A DNA stretch of 64,000 nucleotides from Oscillospiraceae bacterium (GTDB taxonomy: Bacteria > Bacillota > Clostridia > Oscillospirales > Oscillospiraceae): the NCBI GenBank assembly GCA_015067565.1, contig SVMF01000012.1, positions 3,059-67,058 of the forward strand, given 5' to 3'. Position 1 is the stretch's first letter. The number at the start of each line of letters is the position of its first letter. Below are positions 39,801 through 51,100 of the stretch, in pieces. The notes under the pieces were generated by a model. That model had not been told where the DNA came from. It saw only the letters and a program-made list of their open reading frames with translations, and did not search any database. The position numbers were made by a program, and so were the translations under genes.

Positions 39801-41038
39801 TTGATCTTTCTGCCCTCAAGGTAGTATCTCTTCTCACGGCTATGACCCATCGAGAAGGTCTTACGCGGCAGGATACCATCAGCAATAACACCACGGAAGA
39901 GCTGGCTCTTCTCCATTGCAGGCAGGAGGAAGCCGATGGCATTGTCCTGCTTTGCAAGGCCGATCAGCGCATCGTCGTCATGGATGTAGTCAATCTCGCC
40001 TTCGTTTTCCTTCAGGTACGCATCCAGGAAGCCCTGCAGGACACCGACTGCCAGCTGGCTCTTGGCCTTATCAAGATAGACCGTTCCGCTCTCTTCGCCA
40101 ATATACCACTTGACCTCGAAGCCGCCCTCTGCGCAAGCTTCCTTCTCCAGTGCTGCAAGCAGAGCCTTCGGGTCGCACTTGACAATGACGCGGTGGATAG
40201 GTTCAAAGACCTGAGCGTCGTCGTGAATGCTTTCCAGCTCAACCAGAGCAAAGCGTGCCGGATGGTTGGACAGATCCTCGCCCGGATGCTGTGCCTTCAG
40301 CTCTTCGTAGCAGGACTTTGCCGTTGCCAGGGAGTGGTTGCCGTCGCCGACAGCAAAGACCATCGGAACACCATTGAGGCCTTCGTACTTCTTGCCGACA
40401 TTTGCACTGTACTCACTCAGGCGGGCATTAAATGCTTCCGCCTCTGCGCCATCGACGAGATAGCCAACAATGTGATTGCCGCCTTCCATCAGCTCGAAGT
40501 CATAGAGTTTGGTCAGCTTATCCTTATTCTTTGCAATCGGCTCAATGAGGACCTTGTCATGGTCATCACACAGCATCAGAATGTGCGGCAGCTCGATCGG
40601 GGCATCGCGGCGGACGCGCATACGGGGCGGAATACGCTCGATAACCGTTCTCTCCGTTGCACGGATGGCAGAGGTAGAGCCGGTGGAGAAATCATAGGCA
40701 TCCAGATCGACCATGCCGACAAGACCCGGACGAACCGAGCCGTTTTCCAGCGTTCTTTCGATGTAGACCAACGCATTGGGATAGGTCTTAAAAATATTCT
40801 TCTTCAGGTAATCTGCCATAGTGGCATTGATCAGAGCGGTATGCTCTGCTTCCTTTTCGGTGCCGAGCTCGGCCTCGGGCAAAATCAAGTTGATCGTGGA
40901 GGGCGCACCCTCAGCATTCTTACGGACACGGTCCCAGTATGCAGGATCGGAGGTAAACTGATCGCAGGCAATAACTGCCCACTTCTCCATAGACTCTACT
41001 TCCGGAAACAAAATGTCAGCAGGTAAAAAAGCATTCAT
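39797..41038 (-). CDS. DUF1015-family protein
   Basis: WAVIACDQFTS, IRATERTV.ERIPPR..VR..A..E.PH, VGDGNHSLATAK, LPRKTFSMG. Confidence 0.85.
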   Translation of the reverse strand: MNAFLPADILFPEVESMEKWAVIACDQFTSDPAYWDRVRKNAEGAPSTINLILPEAELGTEKEAEHTALINATMADYLKKNIFKTYPNALVYIERTLENGSVRPGLVGMVDLDAYDFSTGSTSAIRATERTVIERIPPRMRVRRDAPIELPHILMLCDDHDKVLIEPIAKNKDKLTKLYDFELMEGGNHIVGYLVDGAEAEAFNARLSEYSANVGKKYEGLNGVPMVFAVGDGNHSLATAKSCYEELKAQHPGEDLSNHPARFALVELESIHDDAQVFEPIHRVIVKCDPKALLAALEKEACAEGGFEVKWYIGEESGTVYLDKAKSQLAVGVLQGFLDAYLKENEGEIDYIHDDDALIGLAKQDNAIGFLLPAMEKSQLFRGVIADGILPRKTFSMGHSREKRYYLEGRKIK

Positions 41039-41163
41039 AAATTCATCAACCTTTCAAAATTTTTCCTGTGCATTCGACCGCACAGCTTAATATCATATAT
41101 TATACAACAAAAATCGCACTTTGTATAGGTATCGATTTTTACAAATTTCACCTTTATTTTTGC

Positions 41164-41193
41164 GAATACTGCCCAAAAATCTCGTTCATACTA
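41164..41193 (+). promoter_or_regulatory. sigma-G-like promoter for the DUF378 gene
   Basis: GAATA-18 bp-CATACTA, matching the GHATR-N18-CATNNTA consensus. Confidence 0.6.
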
Positions 41194-41222
41194 ACACTAC
41201 CACAGAGATTGGAGGGATTTTT

Positions 41223-41429
41223 ACGGATACTTTTGCATTACTTCTGAGCATCATCGGCTCATTGAACTGGGGTCTTGTCGGAATTTTTCAGTTTGACCTT
41301 GTGGCGTGGATCTTCGGCGGTCAGACGGGTGTCATCAGCCGTATTATTTACGCACTGGTCGGCCTGGCTGGAGTCTGGTGCATCAGCTTGCTGTTCCGCA
41401 GAAGAGCACTTGCAACCGATGATATGTAA
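41223..41429 (+). CDS. DUF378-family (YuzA-like) small membrane protein with ACG at the expected start
   Basis: DTFALLLSIIGSLNWGLVGIFQFDLVAWIFGG...RIIYALVGLAG; GGAGG 7 nt before ACG. Confidence 0.8.
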   Translation, partial: TDTFALLLSIIGSLNWGLVGIFQFDLVAWIFGGQTGVISRIIYALVGLAGVWCISLLFRRRALATDDM

Positions 41430-41469
41430 AAATAATCGCCTCTTCTGTGAAGAAGAGGCGATTATTTTC

Positions 41470-41895
41470 TTAGGACTCGGCACGGAACGAATAGCTCGCG
41501 CCATCTTCAATCTCCGTAAAATCAACGCCCGTCATCGCATATTCCTGTCCGATATAGAATGCCCAGTATTTTCCGTCTTCCGTGTAATCCAAAGTCGTGC
41601 CATCTACCGTTTTGACATATATTCCATATTCGCTGATTTCGCCTGCAATCAGTTCATGCTCCAGCAGCGCTTCTCCGACCGTTTCGCAATCCGTGTGGAT
41701 TTCTGCTTTTCGCTCATTTCCGTCCGTGTCAAAGACAGAAAAATAGAACATTTTTTCTCCGCTTCCGAGAACCGTCAAGCTGTCGCGGTTGAGAATCTTG
41801 CCATCTTCCTCCATCTCTTCGACGCAACCGCACAGCAACACACAAACCATCATCAGCATGCACAAAACTGCAATCAGCTTTCTCATTTTACTCAT
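41470..41895 (-). CDS. Lipoprotein with DUF4430 (transcobalamin C-terminal-like) domain
   Basis: Lipobox-like VLLCGC; YGIYVKTVDG...YWAFYI..EYAMTGVD..EI.DG. Confidence 0.75.
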   Translation of the reverse strand: MSKMRKLIAVLCMLMMVCVLLCGCVEEMEEDGKILNRDSLTVLGSGEKMFYFSVFDTDGNERKAEIHTDCETVGEALLEHELIAGEISEYGIYVKTVDGTTLDYTEDGKYWAFYIGQEYAMTGVDFTEIEDGASYSFRAES

Positions 41896-42053
41896 CCTTT
41901 CATGAATCTTTCCACAATCCGTACGACCAGCTTATTTTAACAAGTGCTTCACCGGAAGTCAAGCGCATTATGGCGGATCCTGTCTCGAATTAAGTATTGT
42001 AAAATCAGCTCCAGCATCCAGTCACTATATAAAATAAAAACAGAATATTTTTC

Positions 42054-42082
42054 TTGATATTTTCCGAAATCTATGTTAGTAT
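42054..42082 (+). promoter_or_regulatory. sigma-A-like promoter for E
   Basis: TTGATA-17 bp-TAGTAT with extended -10 TG. Confidence 0.5.
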
Positions 42083-42117
42083 TATTACATTAGTTAATGT
42101 ATGTGGGAGGTATACAT

Positions 42118-45100
42118 ATGGGTAAACTAAACCAACTCTTTAGCAGGCTGCTTTCGCTTTTGCTTCTGCTGAGTATGGTGCTGGGCATGATTCCCTTCAC
42201 CGTAAGCACCATGAGCACCAAAGTGTCGGCAGCAGAGCCCTGGGATGTTGACGGCGACGGCACGCTGTCGATCCTTTGCATCGGCAACAGTTTTTCTAGT
42301 GATGCGATGCAGTACATCCCCCAGATCATTGATAGTCTGGGTATCACAACAATCTACCTTGGCAACCTCTATATCGGAGGCTGCAGCCTTGCTACGCACT
42401 GGACCAATGCCAACGGCGACCTGGCCAAGTATGACTACTATACGGCGACGAACACCAGTGGCTCGTGGGGTAAGAAGACCAGTCAGAAGATCAGCACTGC
42501 CTTGAAGTCCAGAAGCTGGGACTATATTTCCATGCAGCAGCGCAGCCAGGACAGCGGCTTGGCAAGCACCTATAATTCCAATCTGACGAATTTGGTGAAC
42601 TATGTCAAGAATAATGCGCCGAACGCAAAACTGATCTGGCACATGACCTGGGCATATCAGGGCAACTCTAACCATGCAGGCTTTAGCAACTACAGCAATA
42701 ACCAAACAACGATGTATAACGGCATTGTTAACGCAGTCAAGACCAAGGTTGTGACAAATGCCAATATCAATATTATCGTTCCTAATGGCACGGCCATCCA
42801 AAATGCCCGTTCTTCTTTGATTAGGGACTTCCTGTGCCGTGACGGCTACCATCTGAACTATAATATCGGTCGTTATATTGCGGGCTTGACATTTGTTAAG
42901 GCCTTGGGCATTGACATTTCCAACGTTACCTTTAAGCCGGCCAATGTTCCGGAAATTTGGCAGATCATCGCCAAGGAGTCTGCGACAAACGCAGTCAGCA
43001 ATCCTTATGCCAAGACAACCTCGGCACATACAAATCCGGCAAACGAACCGGATCATTATAAGCTGCTGACTGTAGACTACACCCATAACGCCTACTGGCA
43101 CAGTACCAAGGAAGGAAATTATAATACGCTGTACAAGCCGTCGTCTTCGGAGGCTACTTACAGGGAGTTCTATGGTTCCAACAAGCGCTTTACTGCAAGT
43201 ACCATTCCTGTCGGCTCGGTTATCATTCTAACCAGCGGTTATAAATACCGCCCGGAGGCTTGGGTTTCAAACAAGATTCAGACCTCAAGAGAGGGCGCAA
43301 CTACCGTCGCTCATACCGCCGTTACCGACGAATGGTGGAAGAACAAAGACGGTACATCCTTCCTCTACCGAGCCTTCAATGTTTCTTTGTCGAGTGGCGC
43401 TCAAATTGCAAGCGGCCTTGACATCGACAACAATATTCTCAAGATCTATGTCCCAAAGACCGATGCTGTGGTGACCAAGACCCCGGAGGAATTGTATTCC
43501 TACATTACGAATCTGCCGGATCCCATTCCCAACAACCATCGTGTCACATGGACGAATGTTAGTGATATTCCAAATATCAGCGGCAAAAAATACATTGTGG
43601 TTTCAGATGCGTCAACCACCGGTAACAAATATTATGCATGGGACCCCATTACACCCAGACTCTTTGAGACCTGGAACGCAGCTTCCGTAAGTGTTAACAG
43701 CACGAGCGGCACCTCCCGTGTTTATGATGCCGGCGAAAACTGGGGCATCAAGTTTACTTATGACGCCACATTCGATTACAAGCAAGCAGGGTATACAGAC
43801 AGCAATGTGCCTGCCGCGCAAAGATGGTTTTCATTTAAGTTCGAGGTGCCGGAAAATGAGCTCGACAGCACGAAGGTATATTTGACCAATGAAGTCAACT
43901 ATTCCAGCAGCACCGGTTACGCTTCCAGCCTGGCGGCGAATGTCTGGCGTCTGCAGAATACAGCATTTTACACCTCTCTTCCGGAGCATAAAAACTCTTC
44001 GGGCACCGTAAAGACAACCACAACATGGTCGAAGAGAAACGCAAGAGCGCATTTGTATTTTAACATAAACTCTGACCGATTCAATTTTATCTGGTGGCCG
44101 CAGTTCCGTGATGAACCCGTCGCCATTGGAGATAAGACGCAAAGAACCTCTGTGCGTTCCCAGTTCAATAATCCGTCCACGGAGGATCCCTACTTCTATT
44201 TTGATACCAGCAAGGAGTATGCCAACACAACGAATAATGCAGTTAACTACGCCTGTTTCTTCCTCTTCGAGGTTGAGAACAGAGGCAATCCCGAAGAGCT
44301 CTATGACAAGCTGAAGGAAGCTCAAAAGTACATCAATGTGGAGTACACCTATTACCCCACGCAGTATACTGACTTCCTGAAGGCACTGGGCGAGGTCTAT
44401 GACTTCTACATCAACAACAATGGCTCCGGCGGCACCCAGGCCGAGTTCGACGCTCAAGAGACCAAGCTGCAGAATGCTATGACTGCCCTGAATGCTTACA
44501 ATCAGATTCAGTATTTGGGCATTCCTTACAACAAGAGAGTCTACAAGGATAATCTTGCCGATTATCAAAACGGCAAGCTCGAGGGCACCTACTTCATCTC
44601 ACGTTTCTACAACGGCAACAAGGGTCGTGTTCATAGCTTCATTGACTTTAACAACCTGACCAGTGCCGGTGCCTATGGCATTCACAGATACCGTGAGATT
44701 GGCGGTCAGATGAATGCAACGGACTTGACCCATGCAATCACTCTGCGCTATGTTAAGGGTACCAGCGAAGGCTACACCATGCAGCTGGAAAACAGAAACT
44801 TCTTCCGATCCTCAGGCACAAAATTTACGACTATGGGCGAACCGCAAACCTTCTACTTCGGTCCATCCGACTATACCGGAATGACCGGCGGCATTCAGAT
44901 TGATAATGTTGACGGCAAACGCCTGTTCTGCGAAGCACAGACCAGCTTTAAATGGTACTTTGCCACCGTCGGTGCCGAGCAGGAGAACCGTGGGGATTTC
45001 CATCTGTGGCAGCTCTCTCCGACAACGCTGGAGCTCTACCGTGCACTGAAGTTCATCCAGCCGTACTGCAACCAGACTGAGGCCGTCAACCGCTATCCCG

Positions 45101-48100
45101 CTGACCTCTATCGTGAATTTATCACCTTTATGAGCAGTGCGATCAAGGCCTACAACGACTGCAATAATAACAATTATTTCAGCAATGCAACCAAAAAGGC
45201 AGAGCTCGAAAATATTGCAAAGCAGGTTCGTGAATGGGCAGACAAGCTGACGCAGACTGACCAGACCCTCAGCTATATCGATATCCCCATCGAAGTCTTC
45301 GACTTCAAGGCTGACGGCATGATGTTCGAGCACGACAACTCCGGCACCAATTACTATGGCCTGAGCGCTAGCGCTGCGTCTGTTTCTCCCGCCCTGCCCG
45401 GCAGCAGCGGCACGGGGCTGATCGAGCCCCAGCTCGTTGATGGAAATCCCGTCTATAAGCAGCAGACGATCGACTATGTGGCTTCTGCCATCATGCTGGA
45501 TAAGGGCGCAAGCAATCAGCCCATTACCAATTTAATCAATTGCGGTGCGGACTATAACGAAACCTTCCGCAATAAGATGAAGAACATCACAAAGGGCTCT
45601 TGGGATCTGACCTTGCAAAAGATCGGCGGCAAAAACGGCGGCGATTTAGCTTGGTCGAATGTCGAAACGGCCTATGACCTTGCTTACTATGCTCTGACCT
45701 ACATCTGGCGTGAGGTTCCTACGACGGACGCAAACAAGCTCTCCGATGGCGACCGTTATAACATCCGTGTCCCTGAGAGAGAAATTATCCGTCTGTACAG
45801 AACTTCCAACTCCGGCTATTACACCTTCTTCTCAGATAACAATACAGCATATAGCGGAAACCGTCTGTACAATACCTTCCCCACCATTGCCAACCCCACT
45901 GCGCTTCCTCAATATGCGGACTTTATGCCCGTTGACGGCCTCGGCTTCGAAACCGGCGGCAAAAACACTGACACCGGCACCAATTATGCAAACAACGGCT
46001 CCATTGATAAGCTGGCAACCGATAACTTCCACTATTCAATGCACGCCTACGGCAGCTTCGTTTACTACGAAGACCAGGAATTGTTCTTCGAGTTTATCGG
46101 TGACGATGATGTTTATTTCTTCATTAACAATACCCTTGTTTTGGATATTGGCGGCTCCCACAGCCCCCTTGGCGGTACGGTTAACCTGAAGGATGTCACC
46201 TTGGCTGACGGCACGAAGCTCGTCGATGAGCAAATCTATTCCTTCGACATGTACTACGCAGAGCGTCATACCACGGGCTCCAACATGAAGTTCAGCACCA
46301 ACATCAAGATCGTTGATACCGACACCTTCACCACGAAGGGTCAGTATATTGAGATCAGTGGTGATGACGATATGGTAAACAAGGCGACCGGTATGGGTAG
46401 CGAAATACTGGATAACGGCCTTGTTAAGGTAGGCGACACCATCGCTTACAGCTTCAATGTGGTTAACAGCCACGATGTTTCTGCCACAGACCTCATCTTT
46501 GAGGACGAAACGCTCGGCACTTACATCTCCAAGAACATTATTTCACTTACGAATGAAGAGCGCACCAACATTGTCACCGATATTACGGATATTGAGGTTT
46601 ACTATCACACCTCAGAGAAGGTTGGTGAATCGTTCGTTATTGACAATACGATACCTGTTGTCAAGACGGTCGATCAGATCAAAGCGATGATTGAGGAAGT
46701 AAATGCTGCCAACGAAATTGAACCCGGCAACTCTCTGCCCGAAGGCAGTTACCGTGTAACGATGACAAGTGAGCAGGATTTGATGGATCTTTTGGGTCTC
46801 GGTGTTCCTTCAAACTGTCAGATCGTTATCTATGGATTCAAGCGCTTGTTTGTTGAAGGTGATCAGAATAAGACCATTAAGAACGAGCTGAAAATGGCTT
46901 GCTCCTATCTGCCTTGGGCCTCTGGTGATACAGAACTGAATGTCCGTGCCCTCACGGGTACCGCAGGCCGCATTTTGAAGGTTGCATCGCTTTCCGGTAT
47001 CCCCAGTGCGATCAAGACAGAATGTGTCATCGACTATGGCAAACCATTGAGCATCGATTGTAACGGAACTATCACCATGGCAGACGGTGTTACGATCAAT
47101 GGCTTTGTCGGCTTTACCAAAAACGGCTATCACGGTGAGTTCTTGAAGAGTAAACCGGCAGATTTAGCCAACTCAATACACACGAAAAACGGTAGATTTG
47201 ACTACAGACTCGGAACTGTGTATTATACCCTCTTCAATATGCTCTCTGAGGTTGAAAGTGTTTACGCCGTATTCTCTTTGTCCGGTTGCACAATTACTGA
47301 TACTGCAGGTAAGGCAAGAAACTATCCCTATATCCTTGCGGAAATCAACATTGTTCCGGCAACGACCGTGTATTATGAAACGGACTTTGATACGATTGAT
47401 TTTGTGGGAGACAACAGCGCATACACGATGATCGGTCTCGAGGGCAAGCAAAGTCCCCACGCTATCATAGATTTTGAATCAAATGATACGACCACATGGA
47501 GCACCTATCATACAACTGCGACGAAAGCCGACGGTGTCCTCAAGGGTTCTATCATAGGTGACGACCCTCGTTTGCCGATGAATACCGGAAGCGTGAATTA
47601 TACGGTTGCATCGGGTGATGTCGTTAAGCTGCGAATGAAGATCGATAAGGGTACCGGAAGCAATGTTGAGGTTTTCTTCCTGACAAATAAGAATACCACA
47701 TACTCGGGCACCTATATGACAAATCCGACTTCCTATACACCCGATGGCGAGTGGAGTATCGTCACGTTACCGATTAATAGCAACACCGTGGGTACAACAA
47801 TTTCGCAGATCCGTATCGACCCACTTGTGAACTATACCACAACCGGCAACTACGAGATTGACTGGGTCTACATCGGCCCGGACAATGACGATACTGCTTG
47901 GACAGGAGCCAACAAAATGACCGCAACGCTGGCAGATGGTGTTCTCAAGGGCTCTGTTACGGGTGGCGATCCTTTTGTCCGCATGACATGCGCATCGTCT
48001 ACCTACAACCACACCATTACAAGCTCTGATGTTGTCAAGATGCGTATTAAGTCCGATGCAAGCATAGGCACCGGTGCGCAGGTTTTCTTCTTGACCGACC

Positions 48101-51100
48101 AGAATGCAAATCCTGTCGGCGGTATTCAGGCAGATAACACTACTTATGTACCGAACGGAGAATGGCAGATTATCACGCTCGATATCAACTCCAGCGCAGT
48201 TGGCAGAACTATGATGGGTATCCGAATTGATCCGACCAATACAATATCCACTGACTCTAAGACCGGCAATTATGAGATCGACTGGGTCTATATCGGTCCG
48301 GATATTCCTGACACCGATCTGTTTGCATGCACTTCCACTGAAAGCAGTATATTCGATACAGTTACGCATGTAGAAGATATTGCGTTTGTCAAGTTTACGG
48401 ATAGCGAAACATCCTTTATGGCAATCAATGGCGCTGTAAACCCGGAAACCGGCCACTTCCGCGGTCAGTTTGAAGAATATGAGGTTGAGGGCATCGAAGC
48501 AAAACTCGCCCATTCGGATATCCTCTTGAAAAATACCGATCTTAGCAACTATGTACTTCGCGAGGGCGACATTCTGAAGCTTCGAATGATGGTTTCTGAA
48601 AACGAAGTGTTTGAAGCGGATTCGGTGTATGCCGAGGTTTATGCTGGCTTAGACAACGAAGATTTCTTTGAACAGGAAACGATGTTATTATCCGATGATG
48701 GTGATTATTATATTTACACCATTTCTGTTCCTGCAGAAATGGCAGGTCGAAGCATTTCTGAAGTATTCATTAAACTGGACGCAACTTTCATTAAACCGGA
48801 GGATACGACCAACTCTGATGAACCTTCAGAACCGGAAGATACCCCTGAACCTGTTGCATTTGAGATCGACTGGATCTATGTTGGGCCGGATAAGCCGTTG
48901 ACGATATCCCACGAAGGTGTGCTTTATCCCGATCATTGGAGCGAATGGACTACTGATGGTACAAGCGAAGTTTCCTTGCAGACGATGACCAAGGTGGACG
49001 AATCTGAAACTTACGGCTACGATGCAGTCTATGCTGACGATTCTACCTATTCCAACGACAGCACCCTGTATGTCGTCGGCGCGGGCGTTCCGAATCTCGT
49101 CTACAAGACAGATGAAAATGGCGCGTATGTCTTTGATCAAGCCGGAAAGAAGATTTATGTCATTGACTATGAGTCCGTTCTTGCATATTCACAGACTTCT
49201 TTCACCTTCACCGGAACCGGATTCGACATCATTAGCCGCACCGGTGTAAACCAAGGTGCATTGCGTGTCGTGGTTTGTGATATGGAAGGCAATGTCAAGA
49301 AGACAGCTTCAGTTATCAACAAGGGCAACTCTGAGCTCTATCAGATTCCGGTTGTTTCTGTTGAAAAGCTGGATTACGGCACCTATACCGTTCATATCTT
49401 TGTCAACTCGTCATATACCAATACGGATTACCCCGTACTCAACCGTGGTGGCGAATTCTATTTTGATGCTGTACGCATTTACAATCCGATTAACACCAAG
49501 TCGACTGATGCAGACGGTGCTTATGCATATTCGCTCTATCAGGCACACGGCGAAGCAGACCCATCCTTCACAGAGATTAGAAATATGCTGATCGGCCCTG
49601 AGGATGTAGAGGGTAGCTTTAATGCAGGCGGCGAATTAGCAGGCGTTGTCTATCTCGATGCAAAAGATGCAGAAGGCAATGATTACGAGATTACCATTGA
49701 CAACTACAATGCAGTAGGCCCGAACAATGAGGTCTATTTGAAGAACGGCAACGCCATTGCCTTCAAACTGGAAGTAACCGGCGAAATTCCAACAAAGATT
49801 TCCATTGGCGCAAAGAGTGTTGGAACAACACCTGCCGCGTTGCTGACAGACGTTGCTACCAAAGCTCCGGCAGTGCTGCCAAGCGGCACTGCTACGACGA
49901 TTGCGACAAGTACAGAGATGTACTATAGCTTGAATATCTCTGAATGGTTAATCGAAGGAGATAAGTCTTACGCATATGTCACGGTTGCCAATACCGGCGA
50001 TGGACTACTGTCCTTAACAAACATCAAGCTTTCTTATGCAGCAGAGCCCGCAACTAATGCAAAGAGTATCCGATTTGTATTTGACGCAGCGATGCGTGAG
50101 GCTCTTGGTATGCAAGCAGAGCACACTTATACGTATATCAACAATGGTGAAAACCATACTGTCGGATGCGCAGGATGCGACTTCAGCGAGACTGTTGATC
50201 ATACATACGTGGATGGCATTTGTGTTTGCGGCGCCGTTGAGATTGTTGAGCCGAGTTCCGTCTTTGTTGAAGGGTTAAAACCCATCATGGCAATCACTGT
50301 TGGTGCTGATATGAGTGTCGCCTATACCATCCCGAACGAACTTATCAGTCAGTACGACAAGTTCTACCTCGAAGTTGAGAAGGAATATGCTGACAAGGAG
50401 TCTGTTAAAATCACCTACAACCTCGAGGATCTGCAGGCCGTGCCCAACTTCGACACTCCTGTCCTCTACAATGCGCTGTTCAAAGGCATTAACGCCAAGG
50501 AGATGGGCGATAGAATCACCGCAACACTCTATGGCATCGGTGAAGACGGAACCATCTATTACGGTCCGACTGTTGCCGACTCCATTAAGGACTATCTGAT
50601 GCGTGGCCTCGATCTTACAACCACAACCGACGCTAAAAAGACCATGTATGTTGATATGCTCAACTACGGTGCTGTCGCACAGGCCTATATGGGCTACAAT
50701 GCGCAGAATCCTGTCAATAAGGATCTGGCAGAAAGACACCTTGCCTATGCAACCACTACCCTGCCCGAGGCAAACGATCTCAGCGACATAAACGGTAATG
50801 GTTATGAGCTCAGTGCAAATGTTCAGCTTCTGTCCAGAGTCACGTTGACTATGACCGCTATTCTGCCCGAAGCAAATGTCGAAAATATGAAATATGTTAT
50901 CAGTGATGCTCTTACTGATGAGGTTATTACTGAATTGCCTGTAACAATCAAAAATAACATCGTCTGCACCGGTAGCTTCGACAACGTCGGCGCAAAACAG
51001 ATGCGAAGACTCCTGAAGATCACTCTCTTCGATGGCGATATTGCCATCTCTCGCAGTATCACATGGAGTATTGAAAGCTATGTGGCTCAGACCCGCACGA

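Noticed and set aside
42238-42270. DVDGDG / DNDGDG at the start of the E and F heads as a dockerin or EF-hand
   Set aside because: A single loop without the second duplicated Ca-binding segment or dockerin helices; at most an isolated Ca-binding turn.
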